A stretch of 64,000 bases of DNA from assembly GCF_009914755.1 (NCBI RefSeq), contig NC_060933.1. One strand, 5' to 3'. The position numbers were made by a program, and so were the translations under genes. Each line of letters opens with the position of its first letter. Position 1 is the stretch's first letter. A model generated the notes under the pieces. It saw only the letters and a program-made list of their open reading frames with translations. It ran no database searches and was not told the origin of the DNA. Positions 26,521 to 43,116 of the stretch are shown here, in pieces. Source of the stretch: the human T2T-CHM13v2.0 reference genome, Homo sapiens.

Positions 26521-29500
26521 AGAATCAGGGCAGGGCATCTTCCCTGAAAGCTGGGGCTCCTCCCTGTCCCAGAGACCTGCTGTCCCCACTCACAGTCCCC
26601 CCACTGACTGCAACGGGTGAGGCTCACCCTGGCGTGGGGCCCAATGCTTAGGAAGATGCCCAGATGGAGGGCTTGGGGCTGGGCGCCCTGGGTGAGGGGA
26701 GGCTGGGAGAAGCAGTTCCTGGCTGGAATTGGCACCACCCGCAGGTGTGGGCAGACGCTCAAGGCGGAGGCTCCACCCATGCCTGGTTTCTTTCCTTTCT
26801 CCCTCTCCCTGTGTCTCCAGGTGTCTGCCACCTCCTCAGGGAGCCATGGGGCGTGAGCTAGATCAGGGCCCTGCGTCTCGAAGGAGGAGGAGAATCAGCT
26901 GAGTGAGCAGCTAATCCACCCAGCCTCCAGCTGTCTCAAACAGCAGCCCCCAGTCAGAATGGGAGACTCTGCCTCAAGTCAAAAGTCCCAAAGAAGCCCA
27001 CACTCCACCCTGGCTGGTGTGTATAAAGTAAAAATCCAAAATCCGGGTCCCTGAGCAAAGTTGCCAGCTAGAGTCCCCCTGTGGAAGGCAAGAAATCAAC
27101 GAGACTTCCTGGTCACTCTGCACCGTGGGGCAGCTTCTTCAACTCTGTGCAGCTAGAGGTGAGAGAGTCCCAGGGGCGGGTCCTCGAGCTCAAACTGCCC
27201 CTCTCCCCCTCCACCGCCTCCTGCACCTGCCCCTGCCCCTGACCTGAGCCCCTGAGATCAGTCACCACCTCAGACCCTGAGGCAGGTTGGCAGGGGTGAC
27301 TTCCTGGAGCCGGGTATGTCCCATCAGAAAACACTGCTTTGGGGAACTCTCCAGGGTTCAGAGATCTCCCAGCTCAACGCAATGCCCACCTTCTTGGGCT
27401 CCCACATGGGACTGCCCCGGGAGGCCCTGTGAGGTCGTGGCGCTGCACGGCCGTGGGCATAGAGACCTGCATTCTGGTTCTTTCCTGGGTAAAGCAGGGA
27501 AGTGACCTCTAGTCTCCCGGGACGATAGGAGGCGGAGGGGGGCGGTACAGGGCACGGCGGGTACTGGATGTGTTGGTTGAATGAAAAGTCGAGGTGAGGA
27601 GTGAGGCCACTGACTGTGTGAATTCTCAGGGCCGCTCACGACAGGCAGAATTCCCGAATCAGGCTTCTCGGACCCTGACGACACCACAGGAGCTCACGGC
27701 CTGTTGGGCGGGAGCGTGGGGCCTGTTGGTCACTGTTGGGCGGGAGCGTGGGGCCGGCTCACTATGCCTCGCTGGGTTGGAAGATATGCACACCAGCTGC
27801 CGTCTCAAACACGTCCGGGGAGCCCGACCAGCTGCACGTGGAATCCACCAGGCCTCCTGCTCCTCCCCACAGGACTGCTTCGGTGGGAGCCTCACCTGCT
27901 GGCCCCTGTGCTCCCCTCAGACACGGAGCAGGTGGCAGGCCTGGCACTCCTTCCTCTCTGGGGGCAGAGGCAGGGTCCAGGTTCCCCCACTCCACGCAGA
28001 ACTGGGTGGTCAGGGTCTCCCCGGGGAGCACTGAGGAGGGGCCCTCACCCTCCTGGGGGCTCAGGGCAAGGTCTCCAGATAAGTCAGCTCTCAGTGGAGA
28101 CCCCGCCCATCAGCAGCATTAGCCTGAATCAAAATAGTCGGTCCCTCAATGAAGGCAATGGCATCTCAGAGCCAGCAAAGGCAGCCGCCAACATCTTCAT
28201 TTCTCGTGATTGTGAACGTCAATCCTGTCCCCTCCCCTCCACTCCCTGTCGGACGTGGTTGTCCTGAAGCCTTGGCAAGCCGGCCGCCCACTCTGCTGCC
28301 ACCCAGAGCAGAGGAACACCTGGAATCCCTGCTCAGACTCCGGACTCAGGGGCCTCCTCTCCTCTCTTCTCTACATCTGTGCCTGGTGGGCAAGCACCCT
28401 CAGCGGGAACACAACATCCCTCAGCCACAGATGAGCAAATGTCCCAAAGATAGGAGGGCAGGGGGCTCTGGCAAGGCAGCTGGGCTCCCCTCACACCAGT
28501 CCTGGAGCTGGCACTTGGGGTCTGCAGGGGCCATTCCTTGTGGGGACTGGGCTGGACCTGCTGCTAGGAGCCCGACACCCCAGCAATGAATGAAAAGCTG
28601 TACAAATGGAGCACCCTGTTGCCTGGCCATTGCACTTCACGAACGTGTGTCCTGAGGATCTAATGCTACAGGGACCCAAAGATGTTCATCTCAGCAGTGA
28701 CCGAGTGAAAGCCCTGAAGCTGCTTATGCAGGGGCTGATGACGCTGATTAGGACTCAGCACCCGAAGAAGCCCTCACCCAGCTGACGTGGCTCCACCACC
28801 TCAGCTGTCCCCAGGGAAAGGTGCCCCGAACGGTGCTCCCAGACAAGCAGGTCGCAGACACACACAGAAGCCGGGAAGGTTGGCGTGAACCAGGAAGGAT
28901 GATGAGATGCTAACTGATGCCCTCATCTAGATCATGTTTTACTTCCTAATCTTCCAAGAGTGGGCGTGTCGTACTCGAGGGAAAAGAAGTAGGATGTTCC
29001 CGGACACACACTCACTCTCAGATGCCCCCCGCTCCAGCAAGTTCTCATGGTGCCGGGAGCTGGACCGGTGGGGCTCCAAGCCATGTCTGGCCCTCACGGC
29101 AGGGAGCGCCCTGGCCTTCTGCAGCTCTAGCCTGGGGAGTGGGACCATTTCCCCTCCATCCAAGGCTGTTTTGAGGGTCAGGTGAGGACGGACTGGGGAA
29201 AGGATATTACCGACTGCAAATTGCTGTTTAAAAGGATATAACTATTACTGTTGCCTTTGTCTGCAGAACACAAAGTGAAACAGAAACCACAGCCCTGCCT
29301 GTCTGGATACAATCAGCTCTGCACCTAAAATCTCAGCCCCTCCCACCTCCTCACTCTTCCCACGCACATGCCCAGACACTCAGGATCCAACTCTGTGTTT
29401 TAGCCTAAATGGGCTGAAATTTCCTGATTGGCCCTGGCTCCCCTCACATGAATTTATTGGAAGTCAATTGCTAATAACTTTCCAATTATATATTTTAAAA

Positions 29501-29779
29501 TCCCCAGTCCCTCAGACAGCCCACATGAGATTGAATGGGAGGTGGGAGGTGTGTTAGGCGGCGGCTACTCACCTTTCCCCATGCAGCCTCTTTCTAACCA
29601 CACCTGTGCCCAGTCCTCCCAATATTTCCCTGCATCTATTGTGTCCCCTGCCAACACCTTAGGGGCACACAGGCATGCACGCACACACACACACACACAC
29701 ACCCCTCCAAATCCCATGAACACAACAAATCGTCTCCTATACACCCTTGTGTGGAATTAGCACAGCCTGACATTTGGAA

Positions 29780-30625
29780 GGCTGGATGGATGGATAAATG
29801 GAGGGTGGATGGAAGGATGGATGGTTGGTAAGATGGAAGAAAATGGATTAGATGGATGAGTGAATGGTTGGATGGTGGGTGGGTAGATAAATGAAGGGTA
29901 GATGGATGAGTGGATGAATGGATGGTAGGTGGATAGGTGGATGGATGGATGGATGGATGGATGGATGGATGAATGGATAGACAGATGATGGAGGGTTGGT
30001 GGATGGATGGTGGATTAGTGGATGGATGGATGGATGGATGGATGGATGGATGGATGGTAGATGAGTGGACAGATGGATGGATGTTGGTTGAGTGGATGGA
30101 TGGATGATGGAGGGTGAGTGGATGGATGGATGGCAGATGGATGGATGGATGGTGGATGAGTGGATAGATGATGATGGAGGGTGGGTGGACAGATGGATGG
30201 ATGGATGGTGGATGAGTGGATAGATGGATGATGGAGGGTGGGTGGATGGATGGATGGTAGATGAATGGATAGATGGATGATGGAGGGTGGGTGGATGGAT
30301 GGATGGATGGATGGTGGTTGAGTGGATGGATGGATGATGGAGGGTGGGTGGATGGATGGATGGATGGTGGATGAGTGGATGGATGGATGATGGAGGGTGA
30401 GTGGAGGGATGGAGGGCTGATGGATGGATGGATGGTGGATGAGTGGATAGATGGATGATGGAGGGTAGGTGGATGGGTGGATGGGTGGATGGATGGTGGA
30501 TGAGTGGATAGATGGATGATGGAGGGTGGGTGGGTGGATGGATGGATGGTGGATGAGTGGATAGATGGATGATGGAGGGTGTGTGGATGGGTGGATGGAT
30601 GGTGGATGAGTGGATGGATGGATGA
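29780..30625. repeat. (TGGA)n-derived simple repeat with higher-order units of about 55-65 bp
   Basis: Recurring GGTGGATGAGTGGATAGATGGATGATGGAGGG. Confidence 0.93.
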
Positions 30626-31999
30626 CAGAAAGTGGATTGCGTGCACTAGACATATTCTGTCCTAGGCCTTCTCAAAGAGTATGTTGTCTGCAGGGTTAGA
30701 AGCCTTCAAAATTCCTCACAACAAGAACTAGACGACAGTTAGGGCACTGCCTCATCAGCCTTTGCCTTTGGCCACAGGAGCAGCAGTAGGTTTCTTATCC
30801 TGACATCTCTGTTATCTCCTTTTGAGTCAGAGATGCCCCCGGCAATTACAGAAGACCCCCCTTGCTGTTGTGTACCCATCAAAACAGATGGTCTGGGCAA
30901 GCCAAGTGGAAAGGCCTGTTTGAGGGCTCACAGCTCTGCTCTCATGGGCTATGATGGCTGGGCCTTCAGGTGCAAACCCTGCATTGTGAGAGGCCACCAA
31001 GGGCCAGTGCCAGAGGCTCTTCCTGGGAGAATGGCGTGCAGACCCTTGAGCTACCCATTCCCCACTGTCACAGCTGCTTTTCAGCGGGGTTGGGAGGAAG
31101 AACTGGTGTTCCCCAAGCTTTGGTGGGCCAAGGAAGCAAGGACCTGCCCCTTAGGACCTTGGGCCCATCTCCCCTCTTTTACTGTGTGCACTGGTGAATT
31201 TCGTGCCATCTTGGAACCATTATTTCCCCCTGGAAGCTCATCTCCGACTGGCTGCTAGGAGAAAGTGTGGTCCCATAAGCAAATATGTGCTTTACATTCA
31301 GGTGCATTTTTGTCTTGTTTTTTGAGCCCCCCAAATGTGCAGCAGCGTCTTCTCTTTGGAGAAGCCAAAAGCTCTTTCTCCTCAATCCGTGAATTCTGGG
31401 CCCGCTTTGAGAGGAGCTGATTAAAGCAGGAGCCAGAGGAAGTCTGAGAGTGCGGCTGTCTCACGAGGAGCAGCCCAGAGGCCCCACCGGGAGTGGCCTC
31501 CTTCCCAGAGGCTCTCCCAGGCTCCACGGGGGTCTTTTACTCAGCTCCGAAAGTCAGTGCATCTTGGAATTTCTTTTAAACAACTTAGATCCTGGCCCGT
31601 GGCAAAGAAAGGCAAGCTTTCCTTCCCCATGGCTCCTCAGGCCCCTCCTGCTCCTTGGCAGCCTGGCTCAGCTTTCTGGATTTGCAGAATGTTGAATGGA
31701 CAGGACCAGAATGGGTCTGAGCGGGAGAGTAGCGAGAGGGAGAAGGAGAACCCATTCCTGAGCCCCATTTCCATGGATCTAGGCTCCATCCTCAGCACGT
31801 GGCCCCTAGGGGCACAGGTGACTTGGGGGAGCCTCCATCTCAGGAGAAGCTCTAGAGCCCTCTGCCCTTTCGGCCACTGGACAGTCCACTCCGACAGACA
31901 GAGGGACAGACCGGCTGGCCAGCATCCAGGTGGCCTAAGGTGAGTGGGGTCCTAACAGGGCCCTCCCTGTGATGCTGGGCTTCTGTTGAGATCCGTGTT

Positions 32000-32260
32000 C
32001 TTTCTCTTCCTCCCTCCCTCCCTCCCTTACCCCCTCTCTCCCTTCTTCCCTCCCTCCCCTTCCTCCCTCCCTTCTTCCCTCCCTCCCTCCCTTCCTCCCT
32101 CCCTTCTTCCCTCTCTCCCTTCCCCCTCCCTCCCTTCCTCCCTCCCTCCCTTCCCCCTCCCTTCCTCCTTTCCTTTCCTCCTCCCTCCCTTCCTTTCTTC
32201 CTCCCTTCCTTCCTTTCTTTCCTTCTTTTCTTCCTTTCCTTCCTTCTTTCCTTCCTTTTT
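32000..32260. repeat. CT-rich polypyrimidine tract
   Basis: (CCTC/CCTT)n, about 260 bp almost purely pyrimidine on the + strand. Confidence 0.9.
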
Positions 32261-32385
32261 TGGAACTTGTAATTTTATTTATTTGGAATTTTTTGATAGA
32301 ATTCCAAGCTTACAGAAAAGTTACCAGAATAACACAAGGAACTCCCATATACGTTTTTGCTGCATTGATTTCAGTATTTGTTCTA

Positions 32386-32432
<47 letters not shown>

Positions 32433-33600
32433 AAGTATCTATGATTTTCCTCTGAACCATTTGAAAGTAACTCAATGCCTCTCTACCCCTGGCCCCAAAA
32501 CACTTTTGTGCATATTTCTCAGGACAAGGAGATTTTCTTCCATAACCACTCACACAGTTAGGGAAATCAGGGGATCTTACGTTCTCGTCAAATCCACAGC
32601 CATGTCAGACATCTGCCGTGGTCGCAATAATGTCCTTCATGGCTTTGGTTTCCTTTGAGTCCGGGATCCAGTTTTGGATCCCACACTGCATTTGGTGGCC
32701 ATGGCTCCTAAATCCTCTTAGTCTGGGCAGCCCTCGCTGTGTCTTTGTCTTTTGTGTGACATTTGGCATTTCTGAGGAGCACAGGCCAGTTCAGTTCCTC
32801 CGCAGAATGTCCGTCCCTCGGTCTTGGCCGTTGCGCCCTCACAACCAAACATGGGTTCTCCATTTCAGGCAGGAAAATCCCAGCAGTGACGTCGTGTCCT
32901 TGTGGGCGGTCTCACTGGGAGGCTGACTGTGTCCCTCTGTCCCAACCCTGAGATCCCCTGGATTGGATCCCCAACCAGACCCCAACTCTCAGTTCAGTTC
33001 CCACCTTCCCTCCCTGCAGGTAACCAGTCCCATGGCTTCTGATTTATCCCCAGGGGTTTTCCTTCCTCCTCTTCCTCCCCCAGCTCCTCCTTCTCTTCTT
33101 CCTTCTTTTCTTCCTCTCCTTTCAAAAATAACTAAATACATACATGCACGCTTTCTTAGTTCTCTTCCATTACTACCCAAACGTAGCAACACACAGAAGC
33201 ACACACACACTTCAGTTTGCAGGCTTTCACTCCCTTCCTCTCATGGAGCTCTTCTCCCCCTTTGCTAAGCTGTGTAGAGTGCTGTGTACATGCACAGAGT
33301 TTATTCACGTTCCCCTACGTGTGCGCATTTCGATGGATATTGCAGATATGAAAAACCCTGTGAATAAGCACGTTAGCGTTGTCAGAGGCATTACCCCAGG
33401 GTAAATTCCTAGAGGCAGGATTGCTGGTCGGGGCCAGCACCAAGCAGCTGTGTTCAGTGCTGAATACCCTCTGCCAGGATGAGATCATTTCAACTTCCCA
33501 CCAGCTACATGTTGCCAACTTCGTAAGATCTGCCAATCAAATGGGTGCTAATGGCAGCTCCCTGAGTTTAATGTTACATTTCACAAAAATCCTTTGGACA
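32260..33600 (-). mobile_element. Old L1M 3' fragments with an embedded (CT)n
   Basis: CAAGCTTACAGAAAAGTT..GAACTCCCATATAC..CTGAACCATTTGAAAGTAA..; TAAATTCCTAGAGGCAGGATTGCTGG. Confidence 0.6.
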
Positions 33601-33718
33601 GCTTTTCATTCTTATTTTGTCCTTCCTAATAAGGTCACTTGGCCTCACTTGGAGCCTCTTCATAGAATAAGGAACCTCACACACCTCTTCATAGAATAAG
33701 GAGCCTCACCCATATTTC

Positions 33719-34655
<937 letters not shown>

Positions 34656-34729
34656 TAATCCAAGGTGCTGGGATCCACGGCTGCCTCATCAGGGACCCCG
34701 GCCCTCTGCTCTCCTACAAAGCCCCTGAC

Positions 34730-35240
34730 AACGCTTTCGAATATGAAATGTTTCCAGTATTCAAGAATTAACACAGGAGGCACCCATGCACCCACCACCC
34801 AGATTTGACAGATGCTAACATTTTGCCGTATGTTCCAGAACTGCCTCTCTTAGGAAATAAATGAAGCAGAAGACACAGCTGAGCCTCCGGCAGCACCTGC
34901 CGCTTCCTTCCTCCTCCGCGCTCTCCGAAGGAACGGCTCTCCTGGATTTGTATTTCTCATTCCTGCGAGTGCTTTACATTCTCCCTGCGTGTGTGAGAAC
35001 AGTGCCCAGTGTCACCTGCTCTGGGAGCTTTGCCGTGTGCATAGGTGGCCTTGTGGTGACTCTGTCCTCAGCAGCCTGCTGCGTTCACGAGGGAGTGTCC
35101 TGTTGGGCCTGGGGCCCTCACTCACTCATTCCCACCACTGTCCAGTGGCTGTCCACAAACAGACCACCACTCCCTTGTCCCTTCTGTTTCTAGGACAAGG
35201 AGGCTGTGCCCAGCGATTCGTGGTCATGACAGTGAAGGCC
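34730..35240 (-). mobile_element. Old L1M fragment, GC-drifted
   Basis: CACCCATGCACCCACCACCCAGATTTGACAGATGCTAACATTTTGCC is typical of antisense L1ME 3' UTRs. Confidence 0.55.
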
Positions 35241-35255
35241 TGGGTGGACAGCCTT

Positions 35256-35372
35256 GAGCAGCTCTGCCTGTGGGACGGCTCTGCTCGTGGAATGGCTCTG
35301 CCCAGGGGACAGCTCTGCCTCTGGGTGGGGTCTGCCCGGGGGACAGCTCTGCCCGGGGGACAGCTCTGCCTG
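35256..35372. repeat. Degenerate 17-bp tandem repeat, about 7 copies
   Basis: CTCTGCCCGGGGGACAG iterations. Confidence 0.75.
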
Positions 35373-36104
35373 AGAGCTTGCCCGCAGGTGGGAAAGGGCC
35401 CAGCTGGGAATGAACGCACTTCAGCTCCACTAGTTCCACCAAACTGCTCTCGGAGAGTGTTGTGCCGAGGCACCCTCCCCAGCAGTGCGTGCCACATCCT
35501 TGGATGACATCCAAGCTTCTTCGGCCCACCTGAAGACATCCCTGTTGTTCCCACCCGCCTTGCCCTTCTCTGAGCCCGCCATCTCCGCACATCCCTTTGG
35601 GTCACACTGGCTTCTTCAAGCACTTTCTGTTCTACTCGGGATTCCAGCAGGGACACAAACTAGGCAACTGAGGATGATTGACAATGCTGGAGGGAAGGGC
35701 ATGGGGAAAGAACATGGAGGAGTGCAGCCCTCCAGCATGACCGCTCCAGAACTGGAGGGCAGGGAGGGTGTGATGGGGCGCCGTCCTGCAGAGGGACACA
35801 GCCTGCCTGCATCCAGCGCATCCAGCCGCGGGGACAAAGCCACACACTGGCCCAGGCTGGGTGACCCTTGGGGGCTGTTGATGGGCCCTTTGCCCTGAAG
35901 CAAGAGGCGCAGGGGGCCCAAGAGAAGTGTGTGCTGCAGACCAGTGCCCCGGGACCCAGGGCAGGGAGGAAGAGCTGCAGCGGGAACTGGTGGGGGAACG
36001 GAAGACCCCCCCAGCAGCCATCTTTTGTCGGGGAGCACGGGCCAGAGGCTCCTGCACCAGGTCCTGGCTGTGGCCATGGGCTAAACCTTTCTGAGTCTCA
36101 GCTT

Positions 36105-36475
36105 TTTCAAAGATAAACACAGCCAGACATCAGTTGAATTGGTGGAAACAGATTTTATTCCATAATTGCCAACGGTGGTGGGAGCAGCGCTTGGTTCTGA
36201 TTCGTGCGCAGAGGTGATTGTGCCTTCTAAAGGGAGGCTGGGAGTGGCGCAGAGCTCAGTAGACTCAAAGGAGGGGAAACTGGCAAAGGGCCCGTGGGTG
36301 TGAGTGTAATGGGGCAGTGCTATCTGTGTCTGGCAATTCTCCGGGTGAGACTGGGAGCCAGAGGCACATCCTTCCTGGTCAGGACGTAGAGGTGTGGCCC
36401 CCCAGGTCCTGGAGTTTGCAGGAGACACAGGCACAAGCAGGAGTCCCGTGCAGTAAAAGTTCTAAGAAAAGGTAG
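36105..36475 (-). mobile_element. Probable ERV1 LTR remnant (MER67/MER90-like)
   Basis: AAAGATAAACACAGCCAGACA..AAACAGATTTTATTC, an antisense poly(A) signal context typical of MER4-group LTRs. Confidence 0.4.
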
Positions 36476-37390
36476 CCGGCTGCTGACCAGAACACACAAC
36501 AAATTCTCCCGCAGCACTGAGATCTCAGGCAAAAAGTGTTACTGGAGATAAAAAGGACCGTATCTGCAACAGAATGTTAATTCCCCAAGAAGCAATGACA
36601 ATTCTGCACTTGTACGATGGGCACACACTCCATGAAGTGAGAACAGACAAAACTACAAGGAGAAAGAGACTAACCCTCCAGCGAGGGGGAGACATTATCA
36701 CACCTCTCTCGTCGTTGACAGATCAAGCACATCAAAAAATCAGTGGGGACCCCGAAGGTTTCCATAACACAATTAACAAGCACAATCTAATGGACAGTTA
36801 AAACTAGCACCTGAAACTTCAGAGTACACACATCTTTTCCAGCACAACAAGAAATGCTTTTTAAAAATTGATGACACACTGAGCTAGAAACAAGTCTCAA
36901 GAAATAGAAGAGATTTAAAAACACGCAGACCACAGTCTCCGAGCACAAAGCAATTAGACTACAATCAGTGACAAAAGAGAAGCTAGAAAATGCTATGTTG
37001 GGAAATCAAGAAAATTCTAAATAACTCATCACTTGAGAAGGCATCAAAATGGAAATTAGAACATATTTAGTACTGAAAGGTAATAAAAATATGTATGTCA
37101 AAACTGAGAAATCCAGCTAAAATGATATGTACAAGGAAATTTGTAGTGCTAAACAATTATTTTAGAAAAGAAGAAAAGCTAAAAATGTGTGAACTAAGCA
37201 TCTATCTAAAAAATTAGCAAGAAAACAAAAAACTAAAATAAATGTAGCAGAAATTAAATGTTAAATAAAATAGAAAAACAGTCACCAGAGAGCATCAACA
37301 AAACCAAAACCAGTTCATAGAAAAGACTAATAATATTGACAAATCTTTGGCACTATTAATCAATAATAAAAGAAGATATAGAACAAATTA

Positions 37391-37726
<336 letters not shown>

Positions 37727-38821
37727 CTAAACAGTTAATAAGATAATATAATACCAATCAATAAATAGAAGCTTTATGCAATATATTTAAAATTTTAGAC
37801 AAATATTGATGAATACCTAGGGGGAAATACGCCATTCAAAACTGACTCAATAATAAGTAGAAAACCTAAATAGTCCTATAGCCAAGGAATTGAAATAATA
37901 ATTTAACATCTTCTCCCAAAAAACCCCACTAGGCCTATACAATTTTATCCATCAGTTCCATGGAATATTAAACAAACAATAATTGGAGTCTTGAAAAATC
38001 TGTTTCAAAGACTAGGAAGACAAGAGACATGCCACGTTTAATCAAAGAGACAAGTTTAATCTTGACACCCAACCTGACAGAGGCAGTACAAGAATGAAAT
38101 TTGTAGTGCTAAAAAATTATTTTAGAAAAAAAGAAAAGCTAAAAATGTGTGAACTAAGGATCAGGTCTCATCCTTGAACATGCTTGAAAATCCTCAACAA
38201 GCCCTTAGCAAACTAAATCCAGCAATGTATAAAAAGGACAACACATCACATCCAAGTTGACTCCAGGAATGCAAGGCTGGTTTAACTTTAGAAAATAAAT
38301 TAATGTTATTGACAACGTTAATAAATTAAAGCAGAAAATCAAATTATCACCTGTTTGATGTTTAGTAAACACCTCAAAGTGTTTCATAAAATTAAACATC
38401 CAAACTTCTGCTTATAGCTAGATCATTAGCTTGTGGCTGACCAATCATCCCAGGAAGAACAAAAAAATCTGGTTAAAACACACAGACACAAACAACTGTT
38501 TGAAAGCATTGAAGAGCTGTATAAGAAGCCGTACCTGAGGGACTGAGATGCTAGGGAAAAGGGAGTTGCACAGCAGTAAGTCTGGCCATCTGATCGCCTT
38601 CCTCCTCAAAGCATTTGGCCAGTGCATAAGCTGCATGGCCACAGAGAAGGAGAAACCAAGAAAGAAGCAGATACTAAAATGATAACTATGTCTGCAGAAC
38701 TTTTGAAAGTCTCAACAATGCTGGGAAAATACAATTGGGGTTCACAGACGAGTAAGGTGGAGAATCCCTGGGGAAAGCCTAGGGGAAGATAACTGGGAGC
38801 AAGAGGGGGAATCAAGAATCT

Positions 38822-39120
<299 letters not shown>

Positions 39121-40280
39121 TCAGGACTTTAGACACTGAAACTCAGCCTCAAAGAAGTAAAAATGATCATTAGATAAAGGTGATCTGCTCTTACTATAAA
39201 TGTCCAAAAGAAACATTAAAAAAATTTTCTCCATGAATATTGCATCATTCAGAGCCTTAACAAGTTTTCATGCAAAGTAGCACTGAAACAAGTATTACCA
39301 GTCAATCCAAGAGACAGATCAAGAGGAAAAAATACACAAAAGAAAGGCTCACGGGTATTCCAGATATTAAGCTTATCAAACATGGACTTTACATAACTCT
39401 GATAAATACAATTTAAAAAAGAGATAACACAATTGAGACACCCAAGAACTAGAACATTTATAAAAATAGTCAAGTTGAAGTTCTAGTACTGAAAACTAAA
39501 TAATTAAAGTTAAGAATGAGTTTGAAAGCAGAATAGACACAGCTAAGGAAAGAATTGGTGACGTGGGAAACAGGTCAATAGGAAATATTCAGACTGAAGG
39601 AAGGGTAGAAAAAACAAGATGAAAAAATATGCAAGCACAGGAGAGGCACATAAGGCACCCTGAAGAGGTGTGATATATGTCTCACAAGTGAAGGAGACAG
39701 AAAATGGAGAAAAAGCTAATTTCCCAAACTGACAAAAGACATCAAGTCACAGATCCAAAGAACCTATGATCCCCAAGCAGAATGAATAGAAAGAAAATGC
39801 ATACATAGTCATCTCATATAGAAATTGCTGTAAAGACAATGAGAAAATCTTTAAAGTAGTCAGCAAAGAAAGGCACATGACCTTCAAAGGAGCAATAATA
39901 GTAACTAGGCATCTAGGAAAATAGAAGAACATTTAAAGTGCTGAAAGAAAATAACTGCCAGCCAGGAATATTGTACCTGATGAAAATACCTTTCAAAAAT
40001 GCGGGCATTTACATAAGGGACAAGACATTGTTCTTCAACATAGTACCGGAAGTTATAGCCAGTAATAAGCAAAAAGAAGAAAAAATATGCAGACTTGAAA
40101 AGAATAAAATAAACCTGTCTCTATTTTCAGGTGATATGATTGTTTATGTAGAAAACCACAAAAAATCTACTAAAATATCCTAGAACTATGTGAGTTCCAC
40201 AAGGTCATAGGATACAAAATCACCCACATACTTAATTCCATTTCTATATGTTAATAGTGAATATGTAAAAACCTAAATCA

Positions 40281-40633
<353 letters not shown>

Positions 40634-40884
40634 TTACATATAAATCTAATGAAATATGGATGGAACTTATATGCAGAAAATTATAAAATGCTAATAAAAG
40701 AAATGAAAAAAAAATCTAGATAAATGAAGAGATGCTGTGTGTTCACGGATTGACAGACCCAACTGAAATGTCAGTTTCAGAACTGAAAATGTCAGTTCTC
40801 CCCCAATTGATCTAAGTTTAACTTCATTTCTATCAAAATGCCAGGGAGATTTTTTGTAGATATAGACAAACTTATTCTAAAATC

Positions 40885-41233
<349 letters not shown>

Positions 41234-41334
41234 CTACAAGGGAAAGCAACTTTGTAAAAGGGGAATAAAGTGGAGGAATCATTTTACCAGATATTGAGTC
41301 TTACTGTACAGGTATAGAAATCAAGACAGTGTGA

Positions 41335-41754
<420 letters not shown>

Positions 41755-42688
41755 TGACAAAGATGCGAAAGCAATCCAACGGGCAAAAAGTAGTATTTAC
41801 AACGCATGGTGCTGGAGCAATTGGACAGCAATAGAAAATGTCTCTTGCCTAAGACATTTAGATGGAAGAAAGAAGATTAGCTTAAGGCTCACAACTTTTA
41901 CAAAAATTAACTCAAAATGGATCACAGGTTTAAATGTAAAATACGCAATTATAAAACTTTTGGAAAAAAATAGAAAATCGTCAGGACCTAGGGCAGAGTG
42001 TTTTAAAAGCATTGGGCTTATGAGCAATGTTTTATGTCAGTTGTATTCCTGATGTTCGGCAAGGTGCCTGGCACATTGCAAAAGGCTGAATGAATAAAAT
42101 AAGTAAATCAGTTAATGTTCTTTTAAAAAGAAAGAACTAATAAACATTTTTAAACATTCAATTACACTAAGATCAAAGAAATGCTAATAAAATTTTTCAA
42201 TATCATATATGATTTTAAAGTAAACCTGTTAACAAACTAAATATAGCAGGGAATTTCCTTAACTTGGTGAAGGCTATTTGCAGGAGATGGATAGGAAAAG
42301 AATCATGTTAAACATGAGGTGTTAAAAGCTTTCTCTGAAACCAAGAACTAGACAAAGATGATCTCCTTTTCATCTTTCTCTTCAGTATTGACAGCAGTTT
42401 CTAGCTTGTATCATGAGGTAAGAGAAAGAAATAAACAACATAGGGTTAAAAAGAAAGAAGTAAAAGTGCCATTATTTGCAGATGATATAATTGGGTGTCC
42501 GTATTAAAAGTCCAAAAGAATATTCAGATGAATAACTGGAATTAACGAGAGAATGCAGTACAGTTATTAGATACAAAATCAATATACGAAAAACAATTGC
42601 TTTTCTTTACACTGATAGTAAGTAACATTAAATAAAGATAGAAAAGGGAAATTTTAAAGGTGTAATTTACAATGACATCAAAAATATA

Positions 42689-43116
42689 TGTGAAAGGAAA
42701 ATATCTTGGGCCTCTTCAAGCTGGAACCGCTTAGGACAAATCTGCTTCCCATTCTATCCAAAGTCGTCTTTCTGCTCAGAGATACATGCATGTTCTGATG
42801 ACCTCCTTTGGAAAGACTTATCAGAAACTCAAGAGAATGCAACCATCTGTCTCTCACCTACCTGTGACCTGGAAGCCTCCAGTTGGGGGAACTTGCTTTG
42901 AGTTGCCTCTGCCTTTCTGGACTGAACTGATGTACTTTTTACATATATCGATTGATGTCTCATGTCCCCCTAAAATGTATAAAACCAAGCTGTGCCCCGG
43001 CCACCTTGGGCACGTGTTGTCAGGACCTCCTGAGGCTGTGTCATGGGTGCATCTTCAAGCTTGGCAAAATAAACTCTAAATTAACTGAGACCTGGCTCAG
43101 ATTTTCAGGTTTCACA
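42689..43116 (+). mobile_element. Solo ERV1 LTR, MER4A-like
   Basis: TGTGAAAGGAAAATATCTTGGG..AATAAAC..TTTCACA; 4-bp TSD TATA at 42685-42688 and 43117-43120. Confidence 0.85.

Noticed and set aside
26790-26858. Possible 32-nt exon (strong pyrimidine tract and CAG at 26820, GTGAGC donor)
   Set aside because: The donor is weak, no partner exons or coding signal were found, and such matches are common by chance.
29636-30653. His/Pro/Ser/Ile-rich ORFs (also at 60333-61001)
   Set aside because: They are translations of (TCCA)n.
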